NCBI GenBank assembly: GCA_044869275.1
Contig: JBIOXB010000191.1
Location: 1 to 20,084 of the forward strand
From: a bacterium
GTDB lineage: Bacteria > Zhuqueibacterota > Zhuqueibacteria > Zhuqueibacterales > Zhuqueibacteraceae
Length of the DNA stretch: 20,084 nucleotides
Reading direction: 5' to 3'
The position numbers and the translations under genes were made by a program. The notes below the pieces were generated by a model, which did not search any database, had not been told where the DNA came from, and saw only the letters and a program-made list of their open reading frames with translations. Numbering within the stretch: position 1 is the first letter of the stretch; every line of letters starts with the position of its first letter. This document shows, piece by piece, positions 15,512 through 20,084 of the stretch.

Positions 15512-15599
15512 CGAAGATCGAGGGTTGAAGACAGAAGATCGAAGATGGCAAGAACAGCTTCGCCATCATCAGTCTTCAATCCTCGATCTTCTATTCTCA
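15512..15599. repeat. Inverted pair of 7-nt tandem repeat arms (CGAAGAT / ATCTTCN)
   Basis: GAAGATCGAGGGTTGAAGAC (15513-15532) / GTCTTCAATCCTCGATCTTC (15572-15591), 19/20 complementary; 7-nt periodicity in both arms. Confidence 0.88.
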
Positions 15600-15653
15600 C
15601 TCTTCGCTTTTCATCAAAATCAAGATCATTCAAAAACTTTAACAAACATAATC

Positions 15654-16802
15654 ATGGCTCTGAAACACTGGCTTGCCGAAAGACTTCCGCTCGAATTCTT
15701 GCAGCGCTTCCTCCGCACGCAAATGCAGGAGCCGCAACCCCGCCATGTGAGCTGGCTGCACACGCTCGGCTTCACCGCATTGCTGCTCTTGGTCGTGCAA
15801 ATGGCCTCCGGCATTTTGTTGCTGTTCTATTACAAACCCGGTGCGCTCACCGCTTACAACAGCGTGAAATTCATCACCGAAAAGGTCACGCTGGGGTGGC
15901 TGTTCCGGCAGTTGCACGTGTGGGGCGCGCATTTCATTGTGGCCTTCCTCTTTCTTCACCTGCTCCGCGTTTTCTTTTATGGCGCTTACAAGAAACCGCG
16001 TGAATTGACCTGGATGGTGGGCATGGGCTTGTTTCTTACCGTCATGGGTTTCGCCCTCACCGGTTATTTGCTGCCTTGGGACGAATTGGCCTATTGGGGC
16101 ACAGTGGTCGCGACCGATTCCACCAAAGAGGTGCCCGTGCTCGGCAATTTAATATTGCAGCTGGTGCGCGGCGGCGAAACCGTTTCCGACATCACCCTTA
16201 CGCGCTTCTTTGCGGTGCATGTCGCGCTGCTGCCGACGGTTTTTCTGGCGCTGATTTCGCTGCATCTTTTTTTGATTCGCTATCACCACATCGCGCCGCT
16301 GACCCGCACGGATGAAGCCGAACCTTCACCCGAGCAGATTCTGGCAAATGGCGGCAAGCCTTATTTCCCCGATCATTTCAAGATGGAATTGCTCATCGCT
16401 TACGCCGCGCTCGCGCTCATTGTGATTCTCGCATTTGTGACCAAGCCGCCGCTGGGCAAGCCCGCCAATCCGCTGGTCACGCCCATCGGCATCAAACCGG
16501 AATGGTATTTTCTGCCGGTGTATCAAAGCTTGAAATACGTTCCCGGCTGGCTCGGCGTGCTGGGCAATGGCGCGTTCGTGCTCTTTCTGTTGTTGCTGCC
16601 GCTGTGCGATCGCAACCCCGAGCGCCATCCCAAGCGCCGGAAAGTGGCGGCGTGGCTCGGGGTCCTGATGATTGCCGGCGGCGCCGGCCTGGGCCTTCTC
16701 GGCCATCTCGCCGACACCACCCACGTGATCTTTGGCAAGAAAGTCTATTTCGACCTCAAAGGCTTTCCAAAAATTTTGGAGGAAACGAAACCTTCGCCTT
16801 GA
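15654..16802 (+). CDS. Cytochrome b subunit of a Rieske/cytb complex (b6-like N-part fused to subunit-IV-like C-part)
   Basis: GWLFRQLHVWGAH...LHLLRVF..GAYKKPRELTW, TGYLLPWD..AYW, TLTRFFAVHV...LHL and IKPEWYFL. Start ATG 15654; the longer ORF start runs through the repeat. Confidence 0.95.
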   Translation: MALKHWLAERLPLEFLQRFLRTQMQEPQPRHVSWLHTLGFTALLLLVVQMASGILLLFYYKPGALTAYNSVKFITEKVTLGWLFRQLHVWGAHFIVAFLFLHLLRVFFYGAYKKPRELTWMVGMGLFLTVMGFALTGYLLPWDELAYWGTVVATDSTKEVPVLGNLILQLVRGGETVSDITLTRFFAVHVALLPTVFLALISLHLFLIRYHHIAPLTRTDEAEPSPEQILANGGKPYFPDHFKMELLIAYAALALIVILAFVTKPPLGKPANPLVTPIGIKPEWYFLPVYQSLKYVPGWLGVLGNGAFVLFLLLLPLCDRNPERHPKRRKVAAWLGVLMIAGGAGLGLLGHLADTTHVIFGKKVYFDLKGFPKILEETKPSP

Positions 16803-16862
16803 GTTCAGCGTATAAAGCTGTGTCTTTCAGAATAACACGCAACTTCTGGCCCATAGATGCTC

Positions 16863-16902
16863 GGGCAGCAGGAAACCTCACCTGCTGCCCTTTTTGTTTT
16901 TT
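16863..16902 (+). terminator. Intrinsic terminator after cytochrome b
   Basis: GGGCAGCAGG-AAACCTCA-CCTGCTGCCC (10-bp perfect stem) followed by TTTTTGTTTTTT. Confidence 0.9.
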
Positions 16903-16918
16903 AGAGGGAAGTTTCCGC

Positions 16919-16947
16919 TTGTAATGAACTGGCGGATATGCTATACT
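16919..16947 (+). promoter_or_regulatory. Candidate sigma70 promoter (extended -10) for the ABC transporter operon
   Basis: TTGTAA-17 nt-TATACT with TG at 16939-16940. Confidence 0.7.
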
Positions 16948-17007
16948 CGCAGACGAGCAGCAACAAAACAACCAATGCTTCGCCGCACATTAAAAGGCTC
17001 ATTCGCC

Positions 17008-17991
17008 ATGCGCGCAACAGGATTGCTTTTTTCTTTTTGCCTTTTGCTTTTTGCCCTGGCACTCGGTTGCCAATCACAACCCACAACCCAGTCCGCTTTC
17101 AAGGTGGCTCTGCTTTCTCCCGGCCCCGTGAGTGATGGCGGCTGGAATGCCAGCGCCTACGAAGGTTTGCTGCGCATTCGTGATGAGCTCGGCGCGGAAA
17201 TCTCGCAGGTCGAAGTCAAAACGCCGGCGGAATTCGAACAAGGCTTTCGCGATTATGCCAGCCGCGGCTTCCATCTCGTATTCGGTCACGGCTTTGAATT
17301 CCAGGACGCCGCCGCCGCAGTAGCGCCCGATTTTCCCAACACGGTTTTCATTACCAGCAGCGGCACCACGGTGCGGCCCAATGTCGCACCGATGATCTTT
17401 CAAATCGAGCAAGCGACCTATTTGATGGGCGTGATGTCGGCGCTGATGTCGAAAACCGGCCGCGGCGGCTGCGTCGGGGGCTTGGAAATACCCTCGGTGA
17501 AAAGCGGATTCATTGCATTCGAAGCCGGCGCCCGGTCCGTGCATCCGGATTTTGTCGTCACGCAAAGCTTCATCGGCAATTGGGAGGACGCCGGTGCGGC
17601 GAAAGAAGCGGCGCTGGCATTGATCGATCGCGGCGCGGATTTTATTTTTCAGAATGCCGATGCCGCGGGCTTGGGCGTGTTTCAGGCCGTGCAGGAAAGA
17701 GCGGGCGTATTCGCGTACGGCTCCAACCGAAACCAAAACGAGATCGCGCCGCAGGTGATTCTCGCCAGCGCGGTGCTGGATATTCCGCAAGCTTTCGTGA
17801 ACGTCGCACACCGCGTGAAAGAAAAAGCCTTTCAGGCTGAAATCATGCGTCTGGGCATGAAGGAGGAGGTGGTCTCGCTGGCGATTAACCCACAGCTCCA
17901 AGCCAAAATTCCTTCTGAAGTTTCGGCCCAAATTGCAGAAGTTAAAGACGGCATACTCGCCGGCACCGTTGCGGTTCCGCAAGGCTTTTAG
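17008..17991 (+). CDS. BMP family (PnrA/NupN-like) ABC transporter substrate-binding lipoprotein
   Basis: Lipobox ALGC; GPVSDGGWNASAYEGL, LVFGHGFEF, VAPDFP, SKTG..GCVGG, GNWED and LIDRGAD. Confidence 0.92.
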   Translation: MRATGLLFSFCLLLFALALGCQSQPTTQSAFKVALLSPGPVSDGGWNASAYEGLLRIRDELGAEISQVEVKTPAEFEQGFRDYASRGFHLVFGHGFEFQDAAAAVAPDFPNTVFITSSGTTVRPNVAPMIFQIEQATYLMGVMSALMSKTGRGGCVGGLEIPSVKSGFIAFEAGARSVHPDFVVTQSFIGNWEDAGAAKEAALALIDRGADFIFQNADAAGLGVFQAVQERAGVFAYGSNRNQNEIAPQVILASAVLDIPQAFVNVAHRVKEKAFQAEIMRLGMKEEVVSLAINPQLQAKIPSEVSAQIAEVKDGILAGTVAVPQGF

Positions 17992-17994
17992 CCT

Positions 17995-18120
17995 CTGGCT
18001 GGATGCTGATAGAAGCGTTTTTTCGTCATGGCGAAGACCGAAGTGACGCACGGACAGCACTAAAGAAATTTCAGCATCCTGCTAGATTTTTTGAATTTTG
18101 CTTTTTGAATTTTGATTTTT
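17995..18120. repeat. Inverted repeat followed by a T-rich 7-nt tandem array
   Basis: CTGGCTGGATGCTGA (17995-18009) / TCAGCATCCTGCTAG (18071-18085), 13/15 complementary; then about five GAATTTT-like units up to 18120. Confidence 0.7.
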
Positions 18121-18128
18121 CCTACGAC

Positions 18129-19652
18129 ATGCCTTCCTCTCTTTTAGAAACTCAAAATCTCTCCAAACGATTCGGCCGCACGCTGGCGCTCGACGGCGTG
18201 CATCTCACCGTGGCCGCCGGGGAAATTCATGCTCTGCTCGGTGAGAATGGCGCCGGCAAATCGACTTTGATGAATATTCTTTACGGCCTGCTACAGGCGG
18301 ATGCCGGCAAAATTTGCTTAGACGGAAAACCCTTCTCACCGGGAAGCCCGGCGGAGGCGATTCGCGCCGGATTGGGCATGATTCACCAGCATTTCATGCT
18401 GGTATCCAATTTCACGATTAGAGAAAATTTCATGCTGGGCAACTCGCGCTTTGGTTTTTCCGAATCCGGAAAACGGCGCCTGCAAGCAGAGGCCGAGGCC
18501 GCGATGCAACAAACCGGCTTGCGCCTCGATATTACCCGCCGCATTTCCGAGCTCGCCGTGGGCGAGCAGCAGCGCGTGGAGATTCTTAAGGTCTTGCTGC
18601 GGAAGTGCCGGCTGCTCATACTCGACGAACCCACCGCGGTTTTGACCCCGCAGGAAGTGGAGGAACTTTTCGCACTGCTAAGCTCGTTGCGGCGACAAGG
18701 CTATGGCCTCATCTTTATCTCGCATAAACTCGAGGAAGTGAAGGCGATCAGCGATCGTATCACGGTTTTGCGTGCGGGAAAAGTGAGCGGGGAGTTTGTC
18801 ACAACGCATGCCGGGGTTGCCGAAATCGCCCGTGCCATTGCGCCGGAGATGGCCGCAACCGCCCCGCTTCAAAAAGCGCCGGCTTCTTCCCGCCGCGCCT
18901 TCAAAGTCGAAGCGTTGCACGCGCGTGGTAACACCGCGGCGGCGAGCTTGAAAAACGTCTCCTTTGAAATTCGTGCCGGTGAAATTCTTGCTGTTGCCGG
19001 CGTGGACGGCAACGGCCAGGAGGAATTGGCGGAAGTGTTGCTGGGCTTGCGCTCTCTGCTCAGCGGCCGTCTATGGCTGGAAGATCGCGAAATCTCTCAT
19101 ACCCCAACTTGGGAGCGAATTCAAAACGGCCTTGCGCACATTCCGGCGGACCGCAAAGCCATGGGCTTGTTTCCCGGCCTTGCCGTTTATCAGAATGCCG
19201 CACTGTTTGCGCATCGCGAAGCGCGCTTTCAAACCAAAGGCTGGCTGCATCGTGATCGCCTGCGCGCGTGGAGCCAGGAGGTCATCGAGCGGTTTGAAGT
19301 GCGCACCCGTGGCCTCGATGCGCCCGTCGAAACGCTTTCCGGCGGCAATCTGCAGAAATTGCTGGTGGCGCGCGAGCTGGTGCGCGGGCCGAAGTTGTTG
19401 GTCGCCGTCAACCCTACACGCGGCGTGGACGTCGCCACGACGAACAAAATTCATCATTTGTTGCGCGCTGAAAAAGTGCGCGGCACAGCGGTGTTGCTCA
19501 TTTCAACTGAATTAAATGAGGTCTTCGCGCTCGCGGATCGGCTCGCGGTGATGTTTGCCGGCCGCATTGCCGGCCCGTTTTCACCCGGCGTGTCACGTGA
19601 GAAGGTGAGCGCGCTCATGCTGGGCACCGAGGCTTTGGAAGAAATGCCATGA
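18129..19652 (+). CDS. CUT2-type ABC transporter ATP-binding protein (two ABC domains, NupO/YufO-like)
   Basis: HALLGENGAGKSTLMNILYG, GMIHQHFML, VGEQQRVEILK, LILDEPTAVLTPQE, FISHKL, LSGGNLQK and PTRGVDV. Confidence 0.95.
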   Translation: MPSSLLETQNLSKRFGRTLALDGVHLTVAAGEIHALLGENGAGKSTLMNILYGLLQADAGKICLDGKPFSPGSPAEAIRAGLGMIHQHFMLVSNFTIRENFMLGNSRFGFSESGKRRLQAEAEAAMQQTGLRLDITRRISELAVGEQQRVEILKVLLRKCRLLILDEPTAVLTPQEVEELFALLSSLRRQGYGLIFISHKLEEVKAISDRITVLRAGKVSGEFVTTHAGVAEIARAIAPEMAATAPLQKAPASSRRAFKVEALHARGNTAAASLKNVSFEIRAGEILAVAGVDGNGQEELAEVLLGLRSLLSGRLWLEDREISHTPTWERIQNGLAHIPADRKAMGLFPGLAVYQNAALFAHREARFQTKGWLHRDRLRAWSQEVIERFEVRTRGLDAPVETLSGGNLQKLLVARELVRGPKLLVAVNPTRGVDVATTNKIHHLLRAEKVRGTAVLLISTELNEVFALADRLAVMFAGRIAGPFSPGVSREKVSALMLGTEALEEMP

Positions 19653-19667
19653 ACGCCGCTTCCGCTG

Positions 19668-20084
19668 ATGAGTAGGCTTTTCACCGTTGTCCCTTTCCTC
19701 GCAGCGTGGGTGCTGGCCACGGCTTTTGCCGCATTGTTGCTGCTGGCCAGCGGCTACGACCTTGCCCAGGCTTTTGCCGCCCTGGTGCAGGGCGCGTTCG
19801 GCTCTAGCTCTGCACTCGCCGAAACTTTGGTTAAAACGATTCCGCTCTTGCTCACCGGCCTGGCTGTGGCCCTGGCGTTTCGCGCGGGCGTATGGAACAT
19901 CGGCGCCGAAGGGCAATTGTTGATGGGCGCTTTGGCCGCTGCCTGTTTGGCGCCCGCGCTGGCTGAACTGCCGGCGCCGGTTGGTGCCTTCTCGCTCTTC
20001 CTCGCCGGGGCCCTGGCCGGAGCTTCGTGGGGCACCATCGCCGGGTTGATGAAAACCCGCCGCGGTGTGCCGGAAGTGGTGGCG
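19668..20084 (+). CDS. ABC transporter permease (NupP/YufP-like), 3' truncated by the window
   Basis: Manual translation from ATG 19668: MSRLFTVVPFLAAW...GAFGSSSALAETLVKTIPLLLTGLAVALAFRAGVWNIGAEGQLLMGA; open to the window end. Confidence 0.92.
   Translation, partial: MSRLFTVVPFLAAWVLATAFAALLLLASGYDLAQAFAALVQGAFGSSSALAETLVKTIPLLLTGLAVALAFRAGVWNIGAEGQLLMGALAAACLAPALAELPAPVGAFSLFLAGALAGASWGTIAGLMKTRRGVPEVVA

Noticed and set aside
17074..18060. 328-aa minus-strand ORF
   Set aside because: Antisense shadow of the BMP lipoprotein gene.

Overview
Bacterial chromosomal window, mostly GC-rich with two visibly AT-richer islets (about 1-1760 and 10270-11070). The minus strand from 14801 down to 10 carries: a 7Fe ferredoxin, a DUF488 protein, a CoA-binding protein, a D-2-hydroxyacid (glyoxylate/glycerate) dehydrogenase, proline dehydrogenase, an M28 glutamate-carboxypeptidase-like peptidase, a nicotinamidase-like cysteine hydrolase, nicotinate phosphoribosyltransferase, archease, an RtcB RNA ligase interrupted by a 510-aa LAGLIDADG intein at its catalytic Cys, an Mrr type IV restriction endonuclease with an in-frame TGA at codon 14, a DUF2442 remnant and an orphan membrane protein. 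A small gene plus nucleotidyltransferase pair sits on the plus strand in the middle of this run. From about 15060 the plus strand carries a two-gene Rieske/cytochrome b operon (no cytochrome c before a strong terminator), then a BMP-family nucleoside-type ABC transporter that runs off the window. The most unusual unexplained structure is intergenic. Many gaps hold short tandem repeats (7-, 8- or 9-nt units), often as two inverted arms, and mrr is bracketed by an inverted pair of REP-like palindromes, which suggests repeat-bounded gene cassettes. Two further gaps (13785-13927, 14326-14515) can fold into long rods and are ncRNA or attenuator candidates. All calls come from reading the sequence and remembered family motifs; no searches were run.
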